A stretch of DNA of 64,000 nt, from positions 744,001-808,000 of the forward strand of contig OZ287072.1 of assembly GCA_965645245.1 (NCBI GenBank), in the 5' to 3' direction. Origin of the DNA: Massalongia carnosa. Taxonomy: Eukaryota. The notes below the pieces were generated by a model. That model saw only the letters and a program-made list of their open reading frames with translations. It had not been told where the DNA came from and did no database searches. Made by a program: the position numbers and the translations under genes. Below, in pieces: positions 23,501-35,015 of the stretch (within the stretch, counting starts at the first letter, position 1; each line of letters begins with the position of its first letter).

Positions 23501-25922
23501 AATCTGCGAAAGTTTGCGCGAACGGAAGAATGATTGGAGATGGGAATTTTAGGAGGCTACAGGGAATGTAAGATGAAGAGCAAATATGAGGGAATATGAT
23601 ATCTTCTTATACATGACCACTGAACTTCTCTTCCCACTTTCTTCCACCTCCATGAGATCCGGGATAGCCTGCGGAAATCCAGTCACCACTCCCTCAGAAG
23701 GCATCTGGTTCCTAGTTCGAGCTCGTCAGTTTTGCAATGACGACGGTGCTGCTTTCCTGCTGAGCTTTCTTCGACCATTGGCCTGAAGAAAAATAAATAA
23801 TAGGACGCCTCCAAAGAAAAGCAGTCCGGCACAAAGGCTTGATGCATAAGGTATCATCATCTAGTCACATCACAGAAAAAAGCTTCTAAACTAATAGGGA
23901 AGGTAGATGGCCTCCACATTGTAGTCACCGGCATTTCGAGCATCCGCAACACAACATGCATGAGTAATTAGATGGGTTGCTCTATGATCACCCGGAAATC
24001 ACGCTCTCTGTGCTATAGGCCTAACAAGAACTAAGGTTAAGAGTTCGCCACCTGCAGGATTAGCGTCAAAGCCTGGCAACCCGACATCAGAATCCCAAAA
24101 CGGATGAGAAATACCGTCAGTGGCAAGATACCGCAAACGCCCAGCGATCCACTGAGTAAGAGGCGCTACAGTCCACGGTTCTTCAGCGCCTCCACCCCAA
24201 GAAATTCGCGATCATGGGGCGTGTCCACTAGAGCCTTGCATAGAATCCAGAGTGTTCTGAAAGGGTTAATGTAGACACGTTCAACTTGGGCTCCACCAAG
24301 CCATCAAGAACCAACGATCACCTGCACTCACCATCATTGTTCTATTTGGTCTAGCCAATACATCATTGCGATCGGTGTTGTTTGCAATCCAAGCTATGTG
24401 GCATGGAAATAGAGAGCGCCACTAGAGAGCTCACTCTCGCTTTCATGGTCTTTTTGCATGAGGCTAAATGGTTTGTCAAAGCAATTTGAAAATATTATAA
24501 CGCCATTCTTGCACCCGATGTGCCGCAGAGCATCGAACAGAAAATCCACACTTCATTCACATAAACTACAAATCCAGCAAGGAGGTTCGCGGCCCAAAAC
24601 AAAAATCACAATCACCCCATCAGGAGAAATGGCCAGTGATAGACAATCATTGAGACAGAGATGAGATGAGAAGAGGCCTGAAGTCCCGGAATGCAATTGA
24701 AATAAAGTTGACTAGGACTGCACGGACCGCAGATCTAAATGCTCCACGTCCAGGTTTAAAGGATCAGGAAACCAGGATGGAGCGTTCTGTACCTTTGCTA
24801 TCTTTAGGGCCATCCAATGAATTCTGGTGTGCTGCGGCAAGGATGAACGGCAAGTCAAAGGCCAAGAAAATTGAGCACCCAACAGATGATGGTAACACTC
24901 CAATGGCAGCAACAAATCAATCTTAATAAGAGTCATCAATACTCGTCATCACAAAAAGGATTGGTGGGGACCATCGGTTCTTGTTGCAGATTAGCTTGAT
25001 GAAAGCACGAGCAAGGATACATAAATGCCAAGACTCACACAGCCGCCGCACTAAGGCGTATCCCTCCAAAGCCAAATGCGCCCCCTTTTTCCTTTTCGGT
25101 TGATCACGACATAGGCGTAATGGATGGTGATATCTATATCCCAAATCAGTACGATATCAAATGCTCGCAGCACGATCATCGAGGTCAAGCGCGATGCAGG
25201 CAATCACCTCTCACCCTCTCGTCAAGGTTCATTCACTTAGGCGTGGCCAAGGCCTGCTTGTGAAGAGTTTAAAAGACTCGTCCGCGATCGATGCCCTGAT
25301 GCCATTCTTCGAACGAAATGGCGAGGCCAAGCCGGCAGAGAAAATGGCAACATCCTCGGGTTGCTGAATACAGCATCTTATCGTTTAAGTATCAGAATCC
25401 GTCCATCCACCAAATGGCTCGGCAATACACACGAAGTTCTTTCTAACCTTCTCGCCCTCTTGTTGTGATAAGGGGTGTAGGGCTGTCTTAGATCGTTCCA
25501 ACTCCCAAAGCAGCGTACTTTGAATTTCATTCAGTAGGTCTGGTAAAATGAAGGCGGATGGAACTAAAAGACTCAAGCGCCTCGGTCTCTGTGCAAAATG
25601 GATGGAAGGAGAGTATGAGGGAAATGCTTGCAACTTTCCTGCTCTTAGGCAAATAACTCTCATTTTAAACCTCATTATCCAAGGCTCCTATCTCGCATGT
25701 GCCCTTCATTTGATGAATATCATATCCTGACCACATTCTCATATCATTCCTCTTTGCTTTATAATACAACAAGAATATTTATTTTGGCTATGTGAACTTA
25801 GAAATAGGAGCTTGAGCAGGTTGTATTTCTCTTATCGCTTTTCCATACCTGAAACTTTGCTCTCGCCTCCTCCCATTATAGTCATTGTGGTGCAGTATCG
25901 TTAATAGCGGCCCAATTCTTCT

Positions 25923-28330
25923 TCAATCACCACCAGTTCTTGAAATCCGTAGATTGCGCAGTGGAATGCCTGCAGAGGCGTCGCTCTCATTGCCGTCTCG
26001 GAAATAATCTTCTCCGTGATCCTCGGCCCTTATTCCACTTGAGCTAGAGTCTTCAACTACAACTATCGGTATATCCGGATGCCTGGTCGTCCAGGTCCAC
26101 ACCAAGCTGTGCCTCTCGCGATCGTCCTGTCGGCCCAGGAAGCTTGCTAAGAACACGTATGCCAACTCTTATAAGATAATCAGGTATGTCCCTAAAGAGG
26201 CTGGTGTGTTTCTTAAACCACCGTGTCCGTCTAAGCCCCCGTGCTGCTTTCTTGTAGTCTTCTGTGCTGAGATGGCTTTGTGTGCAGTACTCGGCTACTA
26301 CAAAAGCGAAACCGATGGTCATGACGAGACAGGAGATTCCGATACCTAATTATCCTGATTTAAGCTAATGCAAATCAGAATGCGATGCAGATTATTTCAA
26401 CCTACCAAATCCCCAATAGACCCCAACGCCATGGGCGCGATAAAAGTCGTACGATTCGAAATCAATGTAACCCTAACCGCAGATATTTAGCAATAGGGGC
26501 GGTTAGATATGGAAAACGTTCTTACACCATCGCTACCCCACGTACTGGCCTGGCAGTCGCAGTTCCTGTATGAGCCAAAGGTTTGGGCAAAAACAATGTA
26601 AACGAGCCAGACGGAGTTAGTGACCTCCCAAGGTCGAAGCACAAATACTTCGATGCGGTCTCTGACGGTTAGGTTGGTCCACCAGTGAAGCAACTTATGA
26701 GCCCTAATTTTCAGACCAAGCATGGAACGATCACTATCAATACGGGAGAGGCTAGGCTCACGATTGGAGCTCAAAGAAACAATAGGGTCTTCTAGCGCAT
26801 TCGCTGCAAGCCTTCGCCAGGGCGCTATGCCATCAGTGGTAATCCACCAGACAGCAAGTTCTGCCGCGAAAGTGCCGAGTGCAATGACAACATAGATTAA
26901 GTATCCACCGCTCCTGCAGTCCAAGCCTACTGTCGGCGTAAAGTCTATAAATTATTTAGCCCGATATTCAGCACGTTCGGCATATTTTTCTTACAGGATA
27001 GAATAAAAGCCCCTCCTGCCGTACCGCCCACAATGAACACCGAGCTTATGATCTGCCATATCATGCGGAAATCGAACCTTCGCAGCCCAGCTATACTTTT
27101 AGGCCCCAGTACCATGGCTGTTCTTGCTCCCTCTGCATCTCTTAACCAATTTCTTCCAGGTTTCGCCTTAAAGGCGGTCTCAATGCCGGCCAGGATAGGA
27201 TGAGCGACCCCATAGTGCCATCGAATGCGCCCCTGACCCGCAAATTTGGTGAAAAAGTCTTGGCGAAAATAGTCTTCATTGTTCAAGGCATCAGTCCAGG
27301 CAAAGTCGTCCCTGGTTCTCCTAGTGTCTCGCATGTACGTGTCCCGTAGATCTGGGTTTAGGAGTGCTGCTCTTACCTCATCGAGGAGAGTGTTAAGCTC
27401 CACGAGGATAGATTGTGCTGCCACTGGATTTCTATCAACAATACTAGTCAGAATCAAAACAGGCAGCCATGAAAGAAGAGCGCCAAGGGCCATGTCATGA
27501 GCGGTTGCGTTAGCACCAATATCATTGAATGCTGCTTGTATGGAAATCGCTAAAGAAAACAGGAACCACATCAACGAGATAAATACTGGCACCACGGATT
27601 TCTTCCGACCTTTTCGTATCAGATCCGCTAGCTTGCGACGCCGCTCGGTGAGGCTGCAAGCCGTATCATCGACAACGCTCAGCTTCAAACTATCGCTGAA
27701 TAAAGCTACCCGGAGCAGTCTTTCGGCTTGAACTGCTGGCATCCTCGGCTTTAATGAATCTGTGAGCCATTTCAATTCAGCATTGAAGCATCAAAGGCAA
27801 ACCCCCGACCTACACTGATTCATGACGCTTAATATAAAGAACGAGTCTCTGAACTGCGCATACTGGGAGTGTTGATCGGGAAGATCGCCGTACTCCGTTG
27901 CCATGTCGACCATCAAAGCACACTTGCCCGTCACCTTGATGTTCCATAGAGTGTACGCCAGTGATGCCATGGGGTTACCAACCCATCGTGCCAACGCCCA
28001 TACAGTCCGCCGGAACTCGTTGCTCTCATAAGGTGCTTGCAGTAAAAGGCCAATAACCGGTAGCACCCATGTCGTGATCGTGGTCGATGAATCTTTCCAT
28101 GGGTAATAGTCAATACCTGTGCCACAAAATTGTCGGCAGCCTTCAACAGTAATGAACGCTGGCTTCGATGTATGGGCGAATATGCCACGTACGGTTCCGT
28201 TATAGATGTATGTCGGGTCCGCGAGACCGTTCTTGAACCTTTCACTACAGTCCGTGAAGTTTGACCGCCTCATGATAGGCAGATCCGTTGCCAAAGGTGA
28301 CCCAAGCGTTTTTCTATGGGTTTGGGACAA
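25923..28330 (-). CDS. Uncharacterised fungal multi-pass membrane protein, multi-exon; start and C-terminal frame uncertain
   Basis: ORF pieces 28330-27791, 27775-26945, 26924-26487 and 26322-26053 have hydrophobic helices, Cys motifs (GCRQFCG, GLDCRSGGYLIY, YRNCDCQAS) and flanking splice signals. Confidence 0.7.
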
Positions 28331-29245
28331 CTGCGCTTGTCATTTGAAGCGGGTAAAGGGCATGAATAGTAACTTAGGAGTCGAGTATCATAAATAGATA
28401 GATGGATACATTTCATTATAGTTATTTATCAGTCTAGAGGAGGCTGATAAGCGGCTTACCAGCCTTAGGTGCGAAAGGCTGTGGACAAGTCGCCGGCTGG
28501 TTGGCTTGCTGACTTGCATATTGGCTGAGGTATGAGGTAGATGATAAGTTCGAGAAAGGAAGTCAGCACGTCATCACTCTGCACCTGATCGCTCACTTTA
28601 GATAAAGTGGCACGCTAAACAAACCGACATCAGGCAACACCGTTCAGGTTGAGACTTTACATGCAGACGTCGTTAGTTGATTCTCCTTGAGAAAACTACA
28701 TAGTACTTGATCTTTTTCTGAATGACTGAAGCTAATGTGTCCCTGAGAGAACTAGAAGCTGCGGGTGGCGGAATGAGGCTTGTGGGGAAGCTCGGACTAT
28801 GCAGGGTACTGCAGGGTCAGGGTACAGAGTATTCTGTACTCTTTTCTCTGTACCCTGCACCATGTACACTGCAAACGGATAACCCCATGTAGCAGCCTAA
28901 ATTGCCTTGTACCTCTGACGTAAGCCCCTTCGGGTTAGCCTTACAGAACGTTAGTTAAGTCCTAACCGATTGAGTACGCAAGACGACGATATCCACTTCA
29001 CAAAACAACATCACAATTTCATTATTTTCATGTTTGCAACGTCGTCGCTTGATTTAATCATGATTAATGTATTAGGGTTTTCAGAGTAGAATTTCGACTT
29101 TTATAAATAAACCATTATTTCTTATTCTATAAACCATTATTCCCGTATTTGCTATTTTGCTCTGAGTCCCCCTATCACCTTAAATTTCAAAAAGATTAAT
29201 AAACTTCTTATCGCCTTATCTGATCATCATCAAAAATCAATCATC

Positions 29246-30502
29246 ATGAAATTCTCTAAAGCATCATCTTATCAAGCTTCTGAAATGCCTCGATACAGCA
29301 ACAAGCTTCTTTTACAAAGAGATCTGTACCACCTTTTCTTAGCCAGTAGTACTCTTGCCACCTCTTCCAATGAGGCCGATGACGCTTTGGAATACCTCAT
29401 TCTTTCTAAAGGATTAAAGGATCAGAGATATCTTTTTTCCAGATCTTCCATTCTCAAGTCCAATTGGGCCGTTCGAGTCCTTCCCACTCTTTCAGATGAT
29501 CGATATCGAGGCTATTTACGAATGAGTCGTATCTCCGTTCAACGAATAGTTGATTTAATTCGATCCGATTCGGTCTTCCAAAACAATTCCAATATTCAAC
29601 AGGCACCGGTCGAAAGTCAACTTCAATGTGCCTTATACAAGCTTGGTCATGATGGTAGCGGAAGCGGGTTTCTTTCAACTGCCACCTTTTGGGGAGTATC
29701 CGAGGGACACGTTTTCGATTGTACCAAGCGAGTGGTGGAGGCCTTATGTCGGTTGAGGAATAGCTTCATCAAATGGCCAACTGCAAGAGCTAGGACAAGA
29801 GAAAGCTTAGCCAATGATACTCGAGAATCAGGATTTATCGGAGTAGTAGGAAAGGTGGATGGGACGGATATAGTGCTCGGTACCAAACCTGGAGGTCGTT
29901 ATGACGGCGAATTATTCTTTAATCGAAAGAAAAGATACGCCCTGGATTTATGTGCCGTATGCGATTCCGACAAAAGATTCATTTACTTCCTCAGTGGTTG
30001 GCCAAACTCTCAGCACGATCAGAGAATCTTCGCGGCGGGAGATTTGAATAGAAATCCTCATCTTTACTTCTCGGAAGGGCAGTATCTTCTCGGCGACAGT
30101 GCCTACACCAATTCTCGCTATTTGGTGACTCCATACAAGGCCCCTCATACCAGAGATGCGAATGTTCGAAAGTTCAATAGAAGACTGTCTCGAATTCGTA
30201 TTGACATCGAGCACACCTTTGGAATTTTGAAAGGAAGATGGAAAAGTTTAACCGGGCTGAGACTTCGAATTAGAAACAAAAAAGGTTACATCTACGCCAT
30301 TCGTTGGATTACTGCATGTGTAGTACTGCATAACGTTTTGTTGGACATGCATGATGAATGGGAAGAAGAAGAAGGATGGTGGAGATCAGAAGAGGAGGCT
30401 CATGATGAAGAATTAAAACATTTGGCTACAAGGCAAATGATGGAGGGCATTTTGAAAAGGGAACAGGTAAAAGATCTAGTTCTCAATGATATTGGCAGAT
30501 GA
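29246..30502 (+). CDS. Harbinger/HARBI1-type DDE transposase (DDE_Tnp_4-like)
   Basis: HTH region QLQCALYKLG..WGVSEGHV. Catalytic motifs VGKVDGT, GWPNSQHD, YLLGDSAY, FNRRLSRIRIDIEHTFGILKGRW, ACVVLHN. Confidence 0.93.
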   Translation: MKFSKASSYQASEMPRYSNKLLLQRDLYHLFLASSTLATSSNEADDALEYLILSKGLKDQRYLFSRSSILKSNWAVRVLPTLSDDRYRGYLRMSRISVQRIVDLIRSDSVFQNNSNIQQAPVESQLQCALYKLGHDGSGSGFLSTATFWGVSEGHVFDCTKRVVEALCRLRNSFIKWPTARARTRESLANDTRESGFIGVVGKVDGTDIVLGTKPGGRYDGELFFNRKKRYALDLCAVCDSDKRFIYFLSGWPNSQHDQRIFAAGDLNRNPHLYFSEGQYLLGDSAYTNSRYLVTPYKAPHTRDANVRKFNRRLSRIRIDIEHTFGILKGRWKSLTGLRLRIRNKKGYIYAIRWITACVVLHNVLLDMHDEWEEEEGWWRSEEEAHDEELKHLATRQMMEGILKREQVKDLVLNDIGR

Positions 30503-30551
30503 CTATTAAGCAAGATGCATCTCATCTTTGAGACATCAATGAAATAAAATC

Positions 30552-31520
30552 TTATCTCTGGGACGTCTTCTCCAGCTCGATTTGTAGTCGTCGCATGGTC
30601 TCCTTATGTTGCATTTTAGCCATGATAATGGATTCTTCATGCTTCAAAATAATCTCCTGATGATGCTGATCTCGTTGCTTGATTTCTAGATCATTATTCC
30701 TTTGCAGTCTAGCCTGATCAATCTCGAAATCTTTAGATTTCATGAGTTGAACCTCAATCATTGCATCACCCACGGACTTGTTTTTAGATCTTTGCTTACT
30801 TAGCTTGGGACGAGACGTCTCGCTGTCGCTGTCCACATTCCAGGGACGTTTAGTGGATGATCCCATCTTCTTGTTAAGGGTAGAAGGTTTTAAATGTTTA
30901 ACCGTCTTCTTCTTCATCGGACCTTCTTTCAACAAATCCGTTTCGGATTGATTATCTTCATCTGTAGTCTTATCCTTAAGATCAATCTCGAAGTTATCAT
31001 CTTCTGAATCATCGTTCAGTTCTTTTCCGCCTGTCATCAATTCTGTAGTAACATCAGGCTGAGTGGACTCTATGAGAAATGGAGGGGTAATAGTAGGTAG
31101 ATCCCCCATGATCTCTTCAAATTCATAGTACCATGCGCATTTCTTCAAGATAACCTCCTTGATTGTCTCCCCGCGAGTGTTGTCGGCGACAACATCATGA
31201 TTGGTAGGATCCACTCCCCATCCAGTTGTATCGGCCAGACTCCGCGTCTCTTTGAAAGTCTTTATCATCTGACCGATTTTGTCCCTCGTCTTTTCCTTTG
31301 AGATGTCCGGTCGTTGCAGTCCCAATCCACTTTCTTCCAACAAACGTCTGGATGCCTCCACTTTATTACTCTTTTGATAGGTGTTTAGATGAGTAAGGAA
31401 TCCATCGCCATCTCGAAAGCAAAGCCATTGAACAATCTGCTGAATGTCTTCATCTTTCCATCTGATGTTGGGAGCCTGGCGAGTTCGAACGATACGAGTA
31501 GGAGGGGGTGTGGACGTCAT
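30552..31520 (-). CDS. Harbinger ORF2, Myb/SANT-like DNA-binding protein with C-terminal coiled coil
   Basis: Trihelix-type Trp spacing IRWKDEDIQQIVQWL, KIGQMIKTFKE..TGWGV, KKCAWYYEFEEIMGD. Basic NLS-like tracts. Lies inside the TIRs. Confidence 0.8.
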   Translation of the reverse strand: MTSTPPPTRIVRTRQAPNIRWKDEDIQQIVQWLCFRDGDGFLTHLNTYQKSNKVEASRRLLEESGLGLQRPDISKEKTRDKIGQMIKTFKETRSLADTTGWGVDPTNHDVVADNTRGETIKEVILKKCAWYYEFEEIMGDLPTITPPFLIESTQPDVTTELMTGGKELNDDSEDDNFEIDLKDKTTDEDNQSETDLLKEGPMKKKTVKHLKPSTLNKKMGSSTKRPWNVDSDSETSRPKLSKQRSKNKSVGDAMIEVQLMKSKDFEIDQARLQRNNDLEIKQRDQHHQEIILKHEESIIMAKMQHKETMRRLQIELEKTSQR

Positions 31521-31577
31521 CTTTATTTTAGAACTGTTGGGGCTGATTCTGAGAATTTCTATTAACTAGATTTTGAG

Positions 31578-31661
31578 CCCTGACAAGAACACCCTGACAA
31601 GAACACCCTGACAAGAACACCCTGACAAGAACACCCTGACAAGAACACCCTAACAAGAACA
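31578..31661. repeat. 14-bp tandem repeat (CCCTGACAAGAACA)x6 inside the transposon
   Basis: Five perfect copies plus one with a G>A change, ~60 bp upstream of the Myb ORF ATG. Confidence 0.95.
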
Positions 31662-33917
31662 GTGGTCAGCTATGAAAGAAGACGAGGTAGTAGTATTCTT
31701 ACCTTAACTGTACGATTCGTTGATGCCGTTGATCATTTACCTTATAATTCTGATGAATGAGGTTAGTGGATTGAAGGATTTATGAGATACGGGTTTATGA
31801 GATAATGGTTTATCGGTCGATTTTGACCGATAAACCATTATTCCCGTGTTCCCGTATTTATAAAAAAAAGGGGTAGAGTTAAACCTATATAGGTTTAGTC
31901 TGCTTACTAATATTTACGGGAAAACGGGAATAATGGTTTATAGACTCGAAAATTTCTACTCTGAAAACCCCTATTATTGATTTTTCGTTATAAAATTTCA
32001 ACGTTTATTCATGTTTATAACGTGCAGAGCAATTTTACATACGTCTTGTTATTTTTGTTAAGTTAGTGCTCGATTTCCATGCGAAATGCAATCAATTTAC
32101 TTTCTAGGCGCGGCCTCATGAACTCTGCAACGAACAGGAATTTCGAGAAACTTTCTTTACAAATTTATTTGAGTTTTTAAAGAAATAGTCCGTGCAAATA
32201 TAAAAAGCAAGACATGCGTCGAAAATTCGCAATATTACATGATTAATTACGTACTCCGTATATCTGATCGTAATTTTGAGTTTTGCGCTCAGGCATGCTA
32301 TTGCAGTCACATTAGTCAGCTGGAATGAAGGGGCTTAGCGAATTAGGCTAACCCGGAGGAACTTAGACGGCTCGTAAAGCTACGCACGTATGAGGTACTG
32401 AGGCAACAATACGGAGTATCCTAAAAGAATACATGTCTTAGACAGCAATATAAGATGGAATTGTAAAGCTCTATTAGGCAGGTTTTGCTGCTAGAATAGG
32501 TGACTCTGGGCGACACCAGTATCAACACAGCCCTGACGTACGGCGAAGACTCGCCACAGTCGTGGTGCACGTCCCAAGAGAGTCAGTCCACATTGGAATA
32601 GTTGCGGAAGCTGCGAAGAACATGTTTTCTGAGAAACTGTTACCATTGGAGCAGGGGTGGGGAAAAAATAAATTAAAAAAGATACTTGAACTTTCAAAGA
32701 CCAGATCATGGCCCGTTTACATTATTCATCGAGTCGGTCCTAAAGACCGAGCCGTAGGATTATGCTCAACTGCTAATATATCGATGTTTGCTTCTGTCTA
32801 GGAAAGCATCGGAGCAAAATGGTTCTATTTCCTTATCGCGCTTCGTCGACTATCTAGGGATGTCAATCTGCCGTCCCGAATGAAACATGTCATTGGACAC
32901 CCGACGCACTAGGAAACGACTCTCGGGAAGGTTACTCGAGGACCCAGAAGCTAGAAGTTGGGATTAGATGACCGCTGAGAATTCAGATTACCCCCGTGCC
33001 GCTATTCCGTTTAGTCCTGTTTTAGTCTCATATCGGGAACGGTACCAGGCAAACATGATGTACTCGGATGACATGCATGATCGGTTGTTTGGTTGACGAG
33101 CCGGGAACACTAGCTTGATAATTCGTACTCTACGGAGCAGTAACAGATGTTTATCAATTTCGATTTGAAGAAGCGCTTTTCCATAAGATGACTCTTAGAT
33201 ACCTTCAGTAGTGGTATCATTTCTTCAGATCAGCCCTTTGGAAGCTGCCACGCTATCTAAAAGAAGATGAGCCAGTGTGAAAGGCAGTTGATCTCTGTTA
33301 TTATGTCGTATCTCACGTGGTTCTCTTCCTCGGAGGATTGATTTTGTTTTGGAAAATCGCTCACCTTGAGTAAGTAACCTTGCATGAGCCATGCCGTACT
33401 GTGCATTTGGTCATGGGAAACAAGGGCCGGAGCGGATTTTAATCTTTGCTAGACTCGATGCAGGGCAGGTACCCAAGCTTGTTATTACATGCTTCATCAG
33501 TTGATTCCCTTTATTACTTGTTGGCGTGTTACAAGCAATGCAAAGTCCATTACGCAGTGAGCAGTGATGATTAAGAGGTGGTCGTTGCTGGCTATTGCTG
33601 GTGACTGTAACTGAAAGCCCGAGCATAAATAGGGTATTGTATCAGCCGCATATACATAGCTAGCGTTCCTCGGGTTTCTACCTGTGGACAACTTTTCGAC
33701 CCGTTCATCTGCCTCGTGGCGATGTAACGCTAGACCCATACTTTGAGTATTGGCAAAGAGGACCTCTTCAACTCCGAATGAGATGTGGTCCCGTGCAATG
33801 TTCAACTCATGTCGTGTTGAAAAATAATCTTCCGCGATGACGTTTAGCAATAGTGAGGCGACTCGAAACGAGTATAATTATCATTGATAACTTTCCCTTT
33901 TTCCGGCAGTACTCGTT

Positions 33918-35015
33918 ATGCGTCTTTTGACCGTTATTCTTGGCGTTCGTTTCGCCACGTTTGTCCATACGCTCCAGCTTTGTCCAGTCCCGGACGAAGT
34001 CCGGGAACCCTTGAATATCCCAAAAGAAAAACATTTCGAAAGAGATCACGATGTTCTACTATATTTAGACGGACTTTGTAAAACTCGTCATGTTCCCACC
34101 CCACCAAAGAGAAATCGACGACATCTGAATCGTCTTGTCGTGAAAACAACGCAACAGAGGTGTAGCGCCGGCGCCAGCGATGGTTCAGGAGATAGTTCTG
34201 CCATCAGCATGACCAGCGGCCCAGACATTGCAGGATCAATTAACAGCTTATTGCAAAGAGATTCCGTCGTTTCGGATGGGTTGGACATGGGTGATTCCAG
34301 CATGTTCCTTGGGGCGGGAAGTTCATCCATCAGTGGGGAATCGGGCATTGCGCATTACTTTGACAGCTCAGCAAACTTGTATCCCAAGCAAAGCCTGGAC
34401 AACACAGGGAATCAAGGAGTTCTAGAGAACGCGGATAATCCCGCCAACTTAGGCACTCCAGATGAAACAAGCCTTACGCAGCAGTTTGACGCCTCCGGAA
34501 ACTTATACGCTGCACAGGATCTGAATCCAATGGAAGATCCGGGCATTCTAGAGCATCCAGGCAGTCTAGTGGAAGCTCCCCGCCCCCTTGTTGTCGCTGA
34601 TTGGTTTTATTATGAGAAGCCGGAATGCCCCCGAGGGCTTTGGCCGGTATGTTGCTGGGGGGAACTGAAGGATGGAACATTAGAGAGGTGCACCAACTGC
34701 TGTATGGTTTCCCTTTCCTGCCTTGTGTTTGAGGTTCAATCTCCACCCAGACACGCCTCTCGTCATTGTTGCATACCTGGGAGTTGCATATTAACTTGCG
34801 TTTGCACATAGGGCCAGTCATCTGTTGGAATGAACCGTATTGCTGTCATGATGTGGATGTAAGGCATTCCTTCCCCCTCCCCATTCACGTTCCCTTCAAC
34901 CAATTTGGTTTCTGATACAGCTTGCTTGCAGGAGAACGACGAGGGCATTGGTTGCACTAAACCCCTCAGGCCCAACCCGCCCAACAAGCAGTCAAACCCC
35001 TGGTGGCCCTTTTGA
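33918..35015 (+). CDS. Putative secreted protein with internal repeat and C-terminal Cys-rich hydrophobin-like domain
   Basis: Hydrophobic N-terminus MRLLTVILGVRFATFVHT. Two introns (gtatgg..catag, gtaagg..ttgcag) yield ECPRGLWPVCCWGELKDGTLERCTNCWPVICWNEPYCCHDVDENDEGIGCTKP...WWPF*. Confidence 0.65.

Larger units (their letters stand above)
29074..31972. mobile_element. Intact PIF/Harbinger (PHIS superfamily) DNA transposon, ~2.9 kb
   Basis: TIR AGGGTTTTCAGAGTAGAA (29074-29091) / TTCTACTCTGAAAACCCCT (31954-31972), flanked by ATT on both sides. Two convergent ORFs (transposase + Myb-like). Subterminal TAAACCATTATT motifs at both ends. Confidence 0.93.
28902..32406. mobile_element. Putative older MITE-like element (~0.6 kb without the insert) interrupted by the Harbinger transposon
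   Basis: Imperfect inverted repeats. TAAGCCCCTTCGGGTTAGCCT (28921-28941) matches the reverse complement of 32345-32365 at 18/21. TTGCCTTGTACCTCTGACGT (28902-28921) resembles the reverse complement of 32386-32406. The interior is AT-rich and noncoding. Confidence 0.5.

Noticed and set aside
23900..25730. Possible relics of a membrane transporter or thiolase (QPEDVAIFSAG..)
   Set aside because: No continuous alignment to a family consensus could be made by eye.
31578..31661. Tandem arrays (here, 41089-41168 and 18166-18213) as CRISPR-like arrays
   Set aside because: Head-to-tail units with no unique spacers, no cas genes, and a eukaryotic context.
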